Origin: a virus
DNA length: 64,000 nt
Strand: one strand, 5' to 3'
Virus record (IMG/VR): IMGVR_UViG_3300029825_000003
Location: 1 to 64,000 of that record
How positions within the stretch are numbered: the first letter of the stretch is position 1; each line of letters opens with the position of its first letter. Below are positions 1-9,518 of the stretch, piece after piece. A program made the position numbers and the translations under genes. The notes under the pieces are model-generated. The model saw only the letters and a list, made by a program, of their open reading frames with translations, searched no databases and was not told the origin of the DNA.

Positions 1-364
1 CAGGATATTTATCTTGTGCTATGTCCATAGCCACACATAGAACAATAATCAAAAGACTAAATATGTAATAATAAATTAAATCGTGAGTAAATGTATCCAT
101 TACCCAAGGAATTGTAAAAGGGTTTTGTTTCGCGGCTCCTATTGAATATACTAATTTTTGAGAAGGAGTCATGTCTTCCAAGTCAGCAGTATTTGCTAAT
201 GTAACACCGTAATTTACTTCTAATAGTTTCTCGGCTTTCATTCGCTCATAGGCTAGTAACCCCTTTGCAACCATCTCCGCACCATCATCAATAGCCCCAG
301 CGCTTACGGGAGTCACAAAAAAAGCAAAAATGAGTATTAAAGTGATTATATGAACATACTTCAT
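1..364 (-). CDS. Signal-peptide, multi-TM membrane protein, truncated by window edge (VirB6/TrbL-like candidate)
   Basis: Manual translation MKYVHIITLILIFAFFVTPVSAGAIDDGAEMVAKG...PFTIPWV...LIYYYIFSLLIIVLCVAMDI; open to base 1; absent from ORF track. Confidence 0.6.
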   Translation of the reverse strand, partial: MKYVHIITLILIFAFFVTPVSAGAIDDGAEMVAKGLLAYERMKAEKLLEVNYGVTLANTADLEDMTPSQKLVYSIGAAKQNPFTIPWVMDTFTHDLIYYYIFSLLIIVLCVAMDIAQDKYP

Positions 365-368
365 AAGA

Positions 369-494
369 TCACCCTATCAGTATTCTTGCTAGAAAGTACA
401 TCCCATAAAGAAATGAAAGGATGTAAAATATAACCCAAACTTTCAAGATTTGTTTAGGACTTATTAATTTAAAACCGTACGCGATCGCCCCCAT
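369..494 (-). CDS. 41-aa hydrophobic membrane microprotein
   Basis: Manual translation MGAIAYGFKLISPKQILKVWVIFYILSFLYGMYFLARILIG; fills the gap between co-oriented genes. Confidence 0.55.
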   Translation of the reverse strand: MGAIAYGFKLISPKQILKVWVIFYILSFLYGMYFLARILIG

Positions 495-502
495 AATTCA
501 CC

Positions 503-892
503 TCAGAATTTGTATGAAGCAAAGTAGAAGTAAAACGCTATACAGGCAGCTAAGACAAACATCCCAAAAGTAGCATGCCCCATCCCAAGATAACCGTCTG
601 ATGCGGATTCTCCATTCCCGTACTTCATTTTAGCCCATTCTTTTATTATTCTATAAAATCCGTATATTAGCACGCCTCCGACAACTAACTTAGTAAGTTT
701 CATTAGGGGTGCTCCTGCTGGAGATTTCTCCACTTCGTTGAGAGATTCAGCAGGACTAAACCATTTCTGATAATCTATTTTCGCACTTGAACCACTGCTG
801 GAATCGTCTTCATCCTCGCCTGCCGATACCGGCAGAGCACATACCATCAACATAACCAATACTGATAGAATAATACTGTGTATTTTTTTCAT
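503..892 (-). CDS. Signal peptide + two-TM hairpin protein (VirB2/TrbC pilin-like topology)
   Basis: Cleavable signal ending VSA-G, then two hydrophobic helices joined by a short charged loop. Confidence 0.55.
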   Translation of the reverse strand: MKKIHSIILSVLVMLMVCALPVSAGEDEDDSSSGSSAKIDYQKWFSPAESLNEVEKSPAGAPLMKLTKLVVGGVLIYGFYRIIKEWAKMKYGNGESASDGYLGMGHATFGMFVLAACIAFYFYFASYKF

Positions 893-985
893 GAGTTCAC
901 CTTTAAACTCTAAAACTCACTAAAAGTATTTAAATCTATTTGAGTAATTTGGTAGTTTACTCAAACATAACTACAAAAAAATATA

Positions 986-3274
986 TTATTGGCGTTTAAA
1001 CCAGCCCCAATAATATTTCATATAAAGAAAGATCACGCCTAACAATCCTAAAAATGGGTCTACCCACAATTCTGTTGTTTTTTCTGGCATCTCATGTTTA
1101 ACTATTTTCCAATCTTTGATTTTTATCTCTTCGTATGGGGTCTTCACAGTTACATCTAATTTATCTTCATCAAATACCCCTAATTCCTTAATCCAATCTG
1201 CTTGATGTGGTATATCCCCTTCCCAATAATCTAAAGTTGTGAAGTTGGTATAAATTACCCCGTTATTGTTTTTATTGCGTTCTCCAACCATTAAATTATG
1301 AACTGATGAATTACCATCATATTCATATGTAATCTTCGTGAGGGATGTTCCATTAGCTTTTACTGCAAAATAAGTCGGGTAAACGTGAATTACCCCTGTT
1401 ATATTTTCAGTTTTTGGGAGAACACTTGGAGCAGGAATTGAATCATTAAACACTGCTACAGATGTATGCTTTTTCCCTTTTTTCCATGTTCCAGTCTTTT
1501 GGTCTTTAACAAGATTGTACCACTTCATTTTTACCGTCAGTGTTGCATAAGCTGTCTCATTCTCAATATGAACATCTACGGTCTTTTCAATTTTAGAACC
1601 TCCTCCTCTCCATCCGATGAGATCAGGTGACTTAATAGCTTCATATTTGACCATGACAGCATCTTCAGAAGGAATATAAGGTACTCCCTCAATGAAAATT
1701 TCATCTTTGAAGCCGATTAACTTGATTCCCCCGTAGATTTTGCCTTTTGAAGTCTTCTCAACTTCATAATTTATACTGTCTGCTGTTTGGCCTGTAACTC
1801 CGGTATCAGTAAATTCTACATCTAAAATACTAAAAATAGAGTCAAATTCCCTCTCAGGAACAGGCTCATAATCAATGCCCTCAACCTTTTCGTCCACTTC
1901 AACATGAGAATCCCATACAGTCTTCTCAGCCGACACATAATCACATTCCCATCCAGATCCAGTCCAACGCCATCCCGTACTTGCAGGATCTATCTTAGGA
2001 TCTTGAATTAAGTCGTTCCCTGAACATTTATTATAATTTCCTCCTGCGTTCTCCCAAAGGACATTTCCTTCAGAAATTATATTATGCGAGTGAGAAAGAG
2101 TATTCGAAAGCCCATATCCCACACCAGACCCTGTATTGCGACCCTTTTTCGAGTTTGTAATAATATTGTCCTTCACGGTAATATCAAAGTCTGCTCCTGT
2201 CTGCCCCGTAGGGAGCCCCTTGACTTTGTATGTCACTACTCCCGCATTTGAACAACCGTCAAAAACATTATTATAAATATTAACATTATGAACTACAGAA
2301 GTCAAGACCCCACCCTGCCAGTCTCTTCCGTCCCATCCAGTACTTAAAAACGCATTGTGGTGGATTTTTATATCCGTCAGGTCTTCATCATAATTATTAT
2401 TATCTCCAACAATCCAAAGCCCCGGCCCGCCTGTGCTCACAAAAACATTATTGCAGATTTCTACATCCATTTCCTGCTTTTCAATTACGTCAACTTGCCC
2501 ACCTGGACCCGCGCTCTCTCTCGCTGTGCAGGTAATGTAATTGTCATGGATGTAAGCGTTATCACTACCGCGAATTCTGAATGCATTGTTTATTCTGCAA
2601 TTGATTTTACAGCCATACATTTCAATATTTGAAGAACGTATAGCAAAAAGAGCTTCGTGCCCAAGCCGTTCAGCTTCAATATTATAAAATTTAATGTTTG
2701 TGCATTTTATAGGTCTGAGGAAATCCCCTAACGAATTTTCACCTGAACAATCGTGAACAGATATCCCATCACAGCCTGTCGGCATGATAAAATTATAGAA
2801 GCCCCTTCCCGTGATTAAGTCAGGTTGCCCACCCGCGTTACCGTCAAAATGTATCCCGATAATCTCAATATTTTTACAGTTATTTGCTCGGATCATCGGG
2901 ATCATCGTTTTTGCGTACCCCTTTGTGGCAGCATGTTTATACTCACTCCCAGAGAGTCTATTTGCATTATCGGGAAGTGTAATTGTTGTTTGTCCCTGCC
3001 CATCGAGTACTGTGTCAGAATCCAAAATGATAGGGTCATTTATACAAAAATCACCAGAGAGATAAACTGTATCTCCTTCTCGGATTGCTTCATTGATTTC
3101 TTTTTGGTCGGCTGCGCCATCTGTTGTCCATGTTTGGTCTCCGCATTGTACAGTCCCTGCTGATGCTAATCCGGTGAAAAATAATAGTAGGATAGGTATC
3201 ATGATGATTGAAAAATGGATCATATTAAGTCGTACTTTCTCAAAGGCTGACACTACATCACCGTGGTACAACAA
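986..3274 (-). CDS. Secreted, C-terminally membrane-anchored right-handed parallel beta-helix protein, disaggregatase-related (likely start 3220)
   Basis: Signal MIHFSIIMIPILLLFFTGLASAG; motifs DGT.DQ.EIN.A, GRGFYNFI, LGHEA, GPGLW, GG..TS...NNVFDG; C-terminal TM. Confidence 0.8.
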   Translation of the reverse strand: MLYHGDVVSAFEKVRLNMIHFSIIMIPILLLFFTGLASAGTVQCGDQTWTTDGAADQKEINEAIREGDTVYLSGDFCINDPIILDSDTVLDGQGQTTITLPDNANRLSGSEYKHAATKGYAKTMIPMIRANNCKNIEIIGIHFDGNAGGQPDLITGRGFYNFIMPTGCDGISVHDCSGENSLGDFLRPIKCTNIKFYNIEAERLGHEALFAIRSSNIEMYGCKINCRINNAFRIRGSDNAYIHDNYITCTARESAGPGGQVDVIEKQEMDVEICNNVFVSTGGPGLWIVGDNNNYDEDLTDIKIHHNAFLSTGWDGRDWQGGVLTSVVHNVNIYNNVFDGCSNAGVVTYKVKGLPTGQTGADFDITVKDNIITNSKKGRNTGSGVGYGLSNTLSHSHNIISEGNVLWENAGGNYNKCSGNDLIQDPKIDPASTGWRWTGSGWECDYVSAEKTVWDSHVEVDEKVEGIDYEPVPEREFDSIFSILDVEFTDTGVTGQTADSINYEVEKTSKGKIYGGIKLIGFKDEIFIEGVPYIPSEDAVMVKYEAIKSPDLIGWRGGGSKIEKTVDVHIENETAYATLTVKMKWYNLVKDQKTGTWKKGKKHTSVAVFNDSIPAPSVLPKTENITGVIHVYPTYFAVKANGTSLTKITYEYDGNSSVHNLMVGERNKNNNGVIYTNFTTLDYWEGDIPHQADWIKELGVFDEDKLDVTVKTPYEEIKIKDWKIVKHEMPEKTTELWVDPFLGLLGVIFLYMKYYWGWFKRQ

Positions 3275-3384
3275 GTACCTATATGTTTAAATACATTTGC
3301 GCATATATGGTATGACCGTGTTGTGTCGATTATTATTTATACAAGATAAAATAAGATAATACTCAAAACCTACAAAGTGATAAC

Positions 3385-3570
3385 ATGGCATACACTGAAA
3401 CCGAAACTGAGATAACTGACACAGTAACGCTTAGAAAACAGAAACAGCGTGGAGCAGGTACTATATACATTAAACCTGAGTTCTTCGAAAGGATAGAACT
3501 GCCGAGAGACGCATCATTGAAAATGACCTATGATAAGATAGAAAAGAAGATAAAAATTGAATCGCTTTGA
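3385..3570 (+). CDS. AbrB/MazE-like small DNA-binding protein
   Basis: GTIYIKPEFFERIELPRDASLKMTYD swapped-hairpin pattern. Confidence 0.55.
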   Translation: MAYTETETEITDTVTLRKQKQRGAGTIYIKPEFFERIELPRDASLKMTYDKIEKKIKIESL

Positions 3571-3730
3571 TGAAAAAATAAGAATTATTGAGGCCCAAGC
3601 TGCCCGGCATGAGCCCCATAAGATCCCCTTGTTAGGAGAGATTTTGAATGAACATGACAAACTATGTAATCTATACTAATATACTTTTCTGTACTGGACT
3701 GAAGACTGCCCCTCTTTCTCAGGTGATCGT

Positions 3731-4285
3731 ATGAATCTCGATTTCTTGACAAAACCTGAGAAACTGTCTCTTTTGAAAGCTCTTGTCCAGGACCCTGAAA
3801 TTCAAACTGAAGTGAAAGAATGGTTTGATACGATGCTCCTGGCGTCTGAACTTCGTCCAATTCAGAGACTCGCGAAACTTGAAGAAATTACCGGACTCGA
3901 AGAACCCGAAGAAGACGAAGTAACAATACCACAGCAGATTTCCCTCATTAATGAAAGAATTGACTCCATCGAAGAAAATGGAGTCACACAGAAGCCCACA
4001 GAGCCTATAATACTACCATCTGAAGGTGTAGCTGACAATAGAGCCATAATTCTCGCTCAGGAAGCTCTAAAAGCTAAAGAAGAAGGAATTACCTTTTTTG
4101 GTTCAGGAAAGATCAATGCAATTCTGAGAAATGTTGTTCCCGAAGAATATCGGGTTAAAGCGGGACAAAATATAGGACAAGCTAAGAAAGAAGCTTTTGC
4201 AAAGTTAGAAACCTTTTTCCCTGGTACTTTCCGGCTCGATAAGAAGCCATTTGGAAGGCATGAGATTCGATTAGTTTTTTCGTAA
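3731..4285 (+). CDS. Coiled-coil protein with conserved C-terminal domain (paralogue of 49899..50471)
   Basis: C-terminus IL..VPEEYRV...NI....KEAFAK....FP...RL.K......IRLV aligns by eye with 49899..50471. Confidence 0.7.
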   Translation: MNLDFLTKPEKLSLLKALVQDPEIQTEVKEWFDTMLLASELRPIQRLAKLEEITGLEEPEEDEVTIPQQISLINERIDSIEENGVTQKPTEPIILPSEGVADNRAIILAQEALKAKEEGITFFGSGKINAILRNVVPEEYRVKAGQNIGQAKKEAFAKLETFFPGTFRLDKKPFGRHEIRLVFS

Positions 4286-4290
4286 GAAAT

Positions 4291-4521
4291 TGTAAGAATC
4301 TTATGGATGGTTGGGAAAAAGACGACTGAGCGAGAAGGAGAAAAGCAAGGGTTTTCAGTAAGTAAAAAATAAAGCTTGTCTTTAAGTTGGCATGACTCTT
4401 GTAAAGTTTGTTTGTTGTTGTTCTCGGTTAGCGTAGAATATAGTAGAGAAATATAGTAAAAATGAGATTGAGAGAGATTGTTGGGTTTATTTTTTGAAGA
4501 TAATATGTAAGATCCTTATGG
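4291..4521. repeat. Two 16-bp imperfect direct repeats TGTAAGA(AT/TC)CTTATGG at 4291-4306 and 4506-4521, each holding a TAAG-N3-CTTA palindrome
   Basis: Read directly; 14/16 identical; they flank a non-coding stretch. Confidence 0.7.
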
Positions 4522-4531
4522 TTTCTTATGA

Positions 4532-4774
4532 TTGGTTTTTCACAGTTTAACATCATACAAACATTTAAGTATTTTACCGTCATATTTACCGTCAATGGAA
4601 CGTACTTATTGGATTACAAAAAACAGAGTGATATGCCCTTTACCGTTCCCTATAAAAGAGCAATTACAAGACAAAGGAATTGAATTTGAAAATAACGGAA
4701 TTGCTGATTATAAGGTAGTAGGTAAAAAGGTAGTAATTGAGTTTAAGAAAAAGAAGGTGAACGAAGAACAATGA
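4532..4774 (+). CDS. Small AbrB-like / hypothetical protein (likely start at MERTYW)
   Basis: ORF; beta-rich basic C-terminus. Confidence 0.5.
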   Translation: MVFHSLTSYKHLSILPSYLPSMERTYWITKNRVICPLPFPIKEQLQDKGIEFENNGIADYKVVGKKVVIEFKKKKVNEEQ

Positions 4775-5094
4775 CTGAAGGACAATTCAAATTGACCCCT
4801 GATATGATTGAAACTGAATATTACAGGATTAGAACGGTTATGGGGAAACTTACGACCTCTAAACTCCCGTTTCTAAATTCTGATGAAATAAACGAATTTA
4901 ATATAATCGGGTACACTGGTAAAAATTCAAAAGATGAAAAAATTAGTCAGCAGGATTACTTAAACTCTCTAGGCAAGGGTGTTATCAATATGTTAATTAC
5001 TCAATTTGATACTGGTGATTTCATTGAAGAATATATAATTGTGAGAATTAATGTAAATGAACTGTTTTCTGAGGAATGGGAAATCAGAAAATGA
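4771..5094 (+). CDS. Hypothetical protein
   Basis: ORF coupled to upstream gene by ATGA overlap. Confidence 0.65.
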   Translation: MTEGQFKLTPDMIETEYYRIRTVMGKLTTSKLPFLNSDEINEFNIIGYTGKNSKDEKISQQDYLNSLGKGVINMLITQFDTGDFIEEYIIVRINVNELFSEEWEIRK

Positions 5095-5351
5095 CTAAAC
5101 ACCGACTATTCACTACTAAAATATGGCTCTTAATCATCCTTCTTGCTCTTGTTGCTGAATATATATATTTATCAGCTGAAACTGAGGGAATCGTGGATAA
5201 GATTAAGACAGATATACTGGCCGAAGCAATACCGGAAGCAAGTTTTTTAGATGACTCGTGTTCTGAGGATATCTCTGAATGCGAGGACGAATTCGAAGGT
5301 TTTTTGATCACGATTCAAACGAAAAACCATTATTACGAACTAAAATTATGA
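5076..5351 (+). CDS. Single-TM membrane protein
   Basis: IWLLIILLALVAEYIYL hydrophobic helix, acidic tail. Confidence 0.6.
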   Translation: MGNQKMTKHRLFTTKIWLLIILLALVAEYIYLSAETEGIVDKIKTDILAEAIPEASFLDDSCSEDISECEDEFEGFLITIQTKNHYYELKL

Positions 5352-5358
5352 GGGTATT

Positions 5359-5676
5359 ATGAATAAACTGACTAAAATTCTACTATGTTTATTTTGTATC
5401 GCTCTGCTTTGCAGTATCTCTTTTGCCTACCCAGAGCCCGGTGCTGGCAATGGTAAATCAAAAAAGATAGTCCAAGTACATACCGGGGAACTCACGGAAA
5501 AACACGAGTCGAACGGCCATTATTATGTACTGTTGCAAAATGACGATGAGGACATGTCATATTCGGTACATATTACAAAAAACAAATACAGGAGTGCTAA
5601 AATTGGGGAATATTATGAATGGAAGAGGATAATTTATCCTGGTGGGAAGGAGAGTGTTTCTTTCCACAGGATTTAA
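5359..5676 (+). CDS. Secreted small protein (signal peptide)
   Basis: MNKLTKILLCLFCIALLCSISFA signal; RBS-like GAGGG upstream. Confidence 0.65.
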   Translation: MNKLTKILLCLFCIALLCSISFAYPEPGAGNGKSKKIVQVHTGELTEKHESNGHYYVLLQNDDEDMSYSVHITKNKYRSAKIGEYYEWKRIIYPGGKESVSFHRI

Positions 5677-5838
5677 TTAATTTTTTTCAAAAGGGGATAT
5701 GGATATGAGTCGTAAAAGAATAACCTCTGGAAATGATTTTTGGGCTAATGTTGAGGAAGCGATGACGAAAAATCAACCGCCTGTTAAGGAATGGACTTTT
5801 TTGTATGAAGTTAATTGGGCTAATCGTGAGGTAAGGAC

Positions 5839-6108
5839 GTGACCGAAGAATTTCTGTTTGATGTTGAATTTACCGTTAAAGCAAGAATAAAAATCAACAG
5901 AGAAGTCTTTAACCAAGCTGACGAAGACTGGAAAAAACAGTTTTATGATATTGATACAGATTCAGATATAGTTGAGATGATTGCTTATAATCTTCTGCAA
6001 GGAAGAAAACTATCACAGTTGGATGGTTTTGCTAATCTGTCTGATAAGTTGGCTGTGTGGGTGCAATATCCTGATTATGAAGTCGAATCAGTTAATGAGG
6101 TAAAATAA
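5839..6108 (+). CDS. Hypothetical phage-type protein (GTG start)
   Basis: ORF in tightly packed operon. Confidence 0.6.
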   Translation: MTEEFLFDVEFTVKARIKINREVFNQADEDWKKQFYDIDTDSDIVEMIAYNLLQGRKLSQLDGFANLSDKLAVWVQYPDYEVESVNEVK

Positions 6109-6536
6109 TGAACCATAAAATCTCTTTTAAAGCCTGGGACAAAAACCTAAAAAGATGGATATGTAATTGGGTAATGTGTATACCTGCACATTACGAAGGT
6201 TCTAAATATCCCATAGAACACGGTGGAATAGATTATATGTGTGTCTATGTCAAATCAAGTGAAGAACATACTGATTGTGAGTTAGTGCATGTAACCACGA
6301 AAAAAGACAAAAATGGGATAATAATATGCGAAGGAGACTTCCTGAAATATGATGATCCTTACAAACATACTGCTCATAAATTCCCTTATCTCATGAGGTG
6401 GAGCGAAGATGAGTGTTGTTTTGAATGTATAAATTATCTTAATTATATGATACCTGATGTATGGTGCGAAATGGAAATTGTAGGAAACCGTTTTGAAAAT
6501 CCCGAATTGTTAGAAGAGGTTGGAATTGATGTTTAA
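6108..6536 (+). CDS. YopX family protein
   Basis: N-terminal ISFKAWDK and C-terminal EIVGNRFENPELLEE; DKNG..I.EGD motif. Confidence 0.85.
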   Translation: MNHKISFKAWDKNLKRWICNWVMCIPAHYEGSKYPIEHGGIDYMCVYVKSSEEHTDCELVHVTTKKDKNGIIICEGDFLKYDDPYKHTAHKFPYLMRWSEDECCFECINYLNYMIPDVWCEMEIVGNRFENPELLEEVGIDV

Positions 6537-6658
6537 GGAGGATTGAGATCATCGTTATTAAATTAACCCCCAACAACAAACTAACAAAAGAACAGACAGA
6601 ATTTCTTCAAAACATTGCAAATCAATTTTCAGAAATATTAACTGACACTTGTTCTGTT

Positions 6659-6865
6659 ATGACTGAAACAATTAAGGAACTTCAGGAACAACATAAAGGA
6701 GAAGATGCAACTTATATCTGCAAGGAATATTCACCTGATACCTGCAGGTTTCAGTGTAAATTACTTGTAAGCCCTTGGACTTTCATGCCTCCGTGGTCAT
6801 GTGTGGATGGTGGTGGAAATTGCGAATGGGAATTGGTAGTGGATGAGTCAAAGACGAAAACGTGA
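6659..6865 (+). CDS. Cys-rich hypothetical protein (frame open upstream to about 6541)
   Basis: ORF; C-x7-C-x3-C...C-x5-C. Confidence 0.55.
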   Translation: MTETIKELQEQHKGEDATYICKEYSPDTCRFQCKLLVSPWTFMPPWSCVDGGGNCEWELVVDESKTKT

Positions 6866-6918
6866 GATGCCGTGTTACAAAGCATTGTTGAAGAAAATAA
6901 GAGAGGTGCTGAAGAGAT

Positions 6919-7239
6919 ATGAACGATGAAGAACTAATACCTGACGTCTTAGAACTGTCTCAAACTACTCCGTATCGATATCACGAGGTATTGAGTTTAT
7001 GCAAGCTATACACTAACACTTATGGAGTGGATTTCAGAGATATAATTAACAGGTATAAACAAGCAGGGGAATTATCTAAAGCATATGATTTTTTAAGGGG
7101 GTCAATGATTGCATGGGAAATAAACGAAATGATATCTGAAAGTAATCCAATTGATTTTGAGAAGTGGACTTATCGCTCGGATACAAATAACAGAAAGAAA
7201 GAGAAGTTACCTAAGAAATTCAGAAATGGATGGAAATGA
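6919..7239 (+). CDS. Hypothetical protein
   Basis: ORF with GAGG RBS-like signal. Confidence 0.6.
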   Translation: MNDEELIPDVLELSQTTPYRYHEVLSLCKLYTNTYGVDFRDIINRYKQAGELSKAYDFLRGSMIAWEINEMISESNPIDFEKWTYRSDTNNRKKEKLPKKFRNGWK

Positions 7240-7240
7240 A

Positions 7241-7519
7241 ATGCCTGATAGTTGTTTTTCAAAATGGAAAGATAAAGAAGAATTAGATATTGCTCGATTC
7301 TATAAAGTCTCCGGGCTTAACAGATCCGATGTTATTAGGGTGTGCTCGGAAGCCGGGGTAGCAGAAGACGAATTTATAACAACTCTATCAAAAACTACAA
7401 AATATGCTTATCAGAAGTTATTTTATGCTTTGTATGAGTTGTTTGAATTGAAGGAGTTTTGGGTTTTGTTTGTGATATTCTGGATAGGACTTGGGTTGAT
7501 TTTTGTTTTTATTAAATAA
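7241..7519 (+). CDS. C-terminal TM membrane protein (start MPDSCF within track ORF 7151..7519)
   Basis: FWVLFVIFWIGLGLIFVFIK helix; start follows upstream stop. Confidence 0.55.
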   Translation: MPDSCFSKWKDKEELDIARFYKVSGLNRSDVIRVCSEAGVAEDEFITTLSKTTKYAYQKLFYALYELFELKEFWVLFVIFWIGLGLIFVFIK

Positions 7520-7851
7520 TACTCTTTTTTTTTAAACTTCTCAAAAACATTTATCACCCCAAACTATCCATTTTAACGAGTTTCGTTTAAAAAAATGGAT
7601 ATAAATTCTAACTTTTATTTTTGCGTAGATATGTCTAAAAAAGTAACATATTTGTTTAGTTCAAAAACGATAACAATTGACACTACTAAAAAGTGCCTAT
7701 GCGTTTCTAATATTAATTTTGTATTATATTTAATGTGTTTAATTTATTGTAATTTTATAAACATCACCGCATTTTAAGATTATACATTTTTTATTTTTAT
7801 ATCTAATTTCAATTATACGAAGTGTAGTATGTTCTTATAAACGTCCGTTTG

Positions 7852-7901
7852 TTGTCACCATAAACGTATGAGACATGTTTAAATAGTATTGTCACCATAA
7901 A
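7852..7901. repeat. 13-bp direct repeat TTGTCACCATAAA (7852-7864, 7889-7901) just upstream of the resolvase; candidate res/operator subsites
   Basis: Exact repeat; short palindromes nearby (AAACGTCCGTTT). Confidence 0.7.
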
Positions 7902-7908
7902 TACATTT

Positions 7909-8547
7909 ATGGGAATTGAAGAAAAAAACAAAGTGTCTTTGGGATATGCCAGAACATCCAGAGAAGAACAGAATATTTCAAACCAACTGCGTAAATTGCG
8001 TGAGATTGGGTTAGAGCCTAAAAACATCTATGATGATGAAGGAGTTTCCAGCTTAACACCTGCAAAGAAACGGAAAGGGTTTAAACAAGTCTTTGAACGT
8101 GTGAAAAACGGAGAAGTAGATAAATTATATGTCTTTGAAATATCGAGACTTGGGAGAACATCAGGAGAGTCCTTGCAGCTATTCATAGAGATTGAATCAT
8201 ACGGCACTATGATAATGTCGCTCTCTAAAAATGAAGCATGGACGCAGATAACAGACATCCCCGGAATACGAAATATATTCTCTGCTCTGTTTAGTTGGTT
8301 TGCAGAACTCGAAAGGAATTCCCTCGTTGAACGAACAAAGATAGGTATTGAGAGAGCAAGAGCGGAAGGTAAAACCATAGGCAGACCTGAGAGACAGCCT
8401 GACAAGAAAGAATATCTTAAGTGGAAAAATCAAGGGCTGAAAACTGCTCAGATCGCTAGGGTTATGCAAGTGCCTACATCTACTCTGTATAAATGGGTTG
8501 AGAGATGGGAAGAAGAAGAGAGAGTTAAGAGGAATAAAGAGGCTTAA
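7909..8547 (+). CDS. Small serine recombinase (resolvase/invertase family) with C-terminal HTH
   Basis: GYARTS..EQ catalytic Ser motif, SRLGR, ER...ERT..G...ARAEGK.IGRP, HTH. Confidence 0.95.
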   Translation: MGIEEKNKVSLGYARTSREEQNISNQLRKLREIGLEPKNIYDDEGVSSLTPAKKRKGFKQVFERVKNGEVDKLYVFEISRLGRTSGESLQLFIEIESYGTMIMSLSKNEAWTQITDIPGIRNIFSALFSWFAELERNSLVERTKIGIERARAEGKTIGRPERQPDKKEYLKWKNQGLKTAQIARVMQVPTSTLYKWVERWEEEERVKRNKEA

Positions 8548-8550
8548 AAA

Positions 8551-9243
8551 ATGAAATTATGTCACTGTTGCGGGGAAGAAGTGTTAGAAGAATCAACATA
8601 CAAAGAGATGACTTTCTGCTCAGTGAAATGCATGGACAGATACCTTTTACATATGTGCGAATCTGGGAGAATATCTTTTCTTGATTTACCAAAGGAAACT
8701 AGAGATAGAGAATCGAATAGAAAACCTTTAAAATGTCATTCAGTTGAGTGTGGGGTATGCGGAACCATATATTATATAAATACCTCCTTTGCAGAGGAGA
8801 GGAGGAAATATTGTAGTGAAAAATGTAGAAAAATTGCACTTAAAAATACAATTGAAAAGAATTGGTGGAAAACTTTTGGATGGATGAGTCCAAATTGGAA
8901 AGGCGGTATCAAAAACGGTATATACTGTCAAAAATTTAACGCCGATCTGAGAAGAAGGGTCAGGACTTTCTTTGGAGAAAAATGTTTTTTATGTGGCAAA
9001 CCTCAAGCAGAAAATAAAAAGAGGTTAGCCGTTCATCATGTAAATTACAATAAAAACGCTTGCTGTGACAGTTCAAGAGTTCTGTTAGTTCCACTGTGTG
9101 AACAATGCCATGGAAAGACAAATCAAAATAGAGAGCATTGGGAAGACTATTTTGAGAAGATACTAAAAGAGAAATATAATTATAAATGTTATTATACTAA
9201 AGAAGAATACAATAAGTTAAAATCCGAGGAATGCTCCACTTGA
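8551..9243 (+). CDS. HNH endonuclease with N-terminal zinc fingers
   Basis: CxxC...FCSxxC repeats; CFLCG...LAVHHVNYNK...LVPLCEQCHGKT. Confidence 0.88.
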   Translation: MKLCHCCGEEVLEESTYKEMTFCSVKCMDRYLLHMCESGRISFLDLPKETRDRESNRKPLKCHSVECGVCGTIYYINTSFAEERRKYCSEKCRKIALKNTIEKNWWKTFGWMSPNWKGGIKNGIYCQKFNADLRRRVRTFFGEKCFLCGKPQAENKKRLAVHHVNYNKNACCDSSRVLLVPLCEQCHGKTNQNREHWEDYFEKILKEKYNYKCYYTKEEYNKLKSEECST

Positions 9244-9438
9244 TTATCTTTTTTTAATGTTAGTTTTTATTAATACCTTTTTATTTAATGGTGCACAGAA
9301 TCAAAACTTGCCCAATTACTGACAGTAATAATACCATTTTAAATCTTGTTTTCATTCTTATATTACCTATGAATAAGTTTGTTCCCATAATCTATATGTA
9401 TAAGGCGTGACTCCCTTTTGGTAGTTTTAGTAGTTAGC

Positions 9439-9480
9439 TATTTATACTACTCGCGTGTATTATTGTATAGAGTATAAATA
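9439..9480. promoter_or_regulatory. 10-bp inverted repeat TATTTATACT-N22-AGTATAAATA in the promoter of the second small-gene operon
   Basis: Perfect IR at 9439-9448 / 9471-9480 containing TATA-like elements. Confidence 0.5.
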
Positions 9481-9518
9481 AAACGGACTTAAGACAAGAT
9501 AAGAAGGAGAGAAAATAA

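Noticed and set aside
7520-7800. ORF 7595..7777 as a gene
   Set aside because: Extremely AT-rich, no RBS; more likely promoter/terminator DNA
7909-8547. Integrase
   Set aside because: 212 aa with no recombinase/zinc-ribbon domain of large serine integrases; no tyrosine integrase seen elsewhere in the window
7909-9243. IS607/IS200-type element with TnpB or IscB
   Set aside because: The HTH is C-terminal (resolvase type), and the partner is a zinc-finger HNH without RuvC motifs
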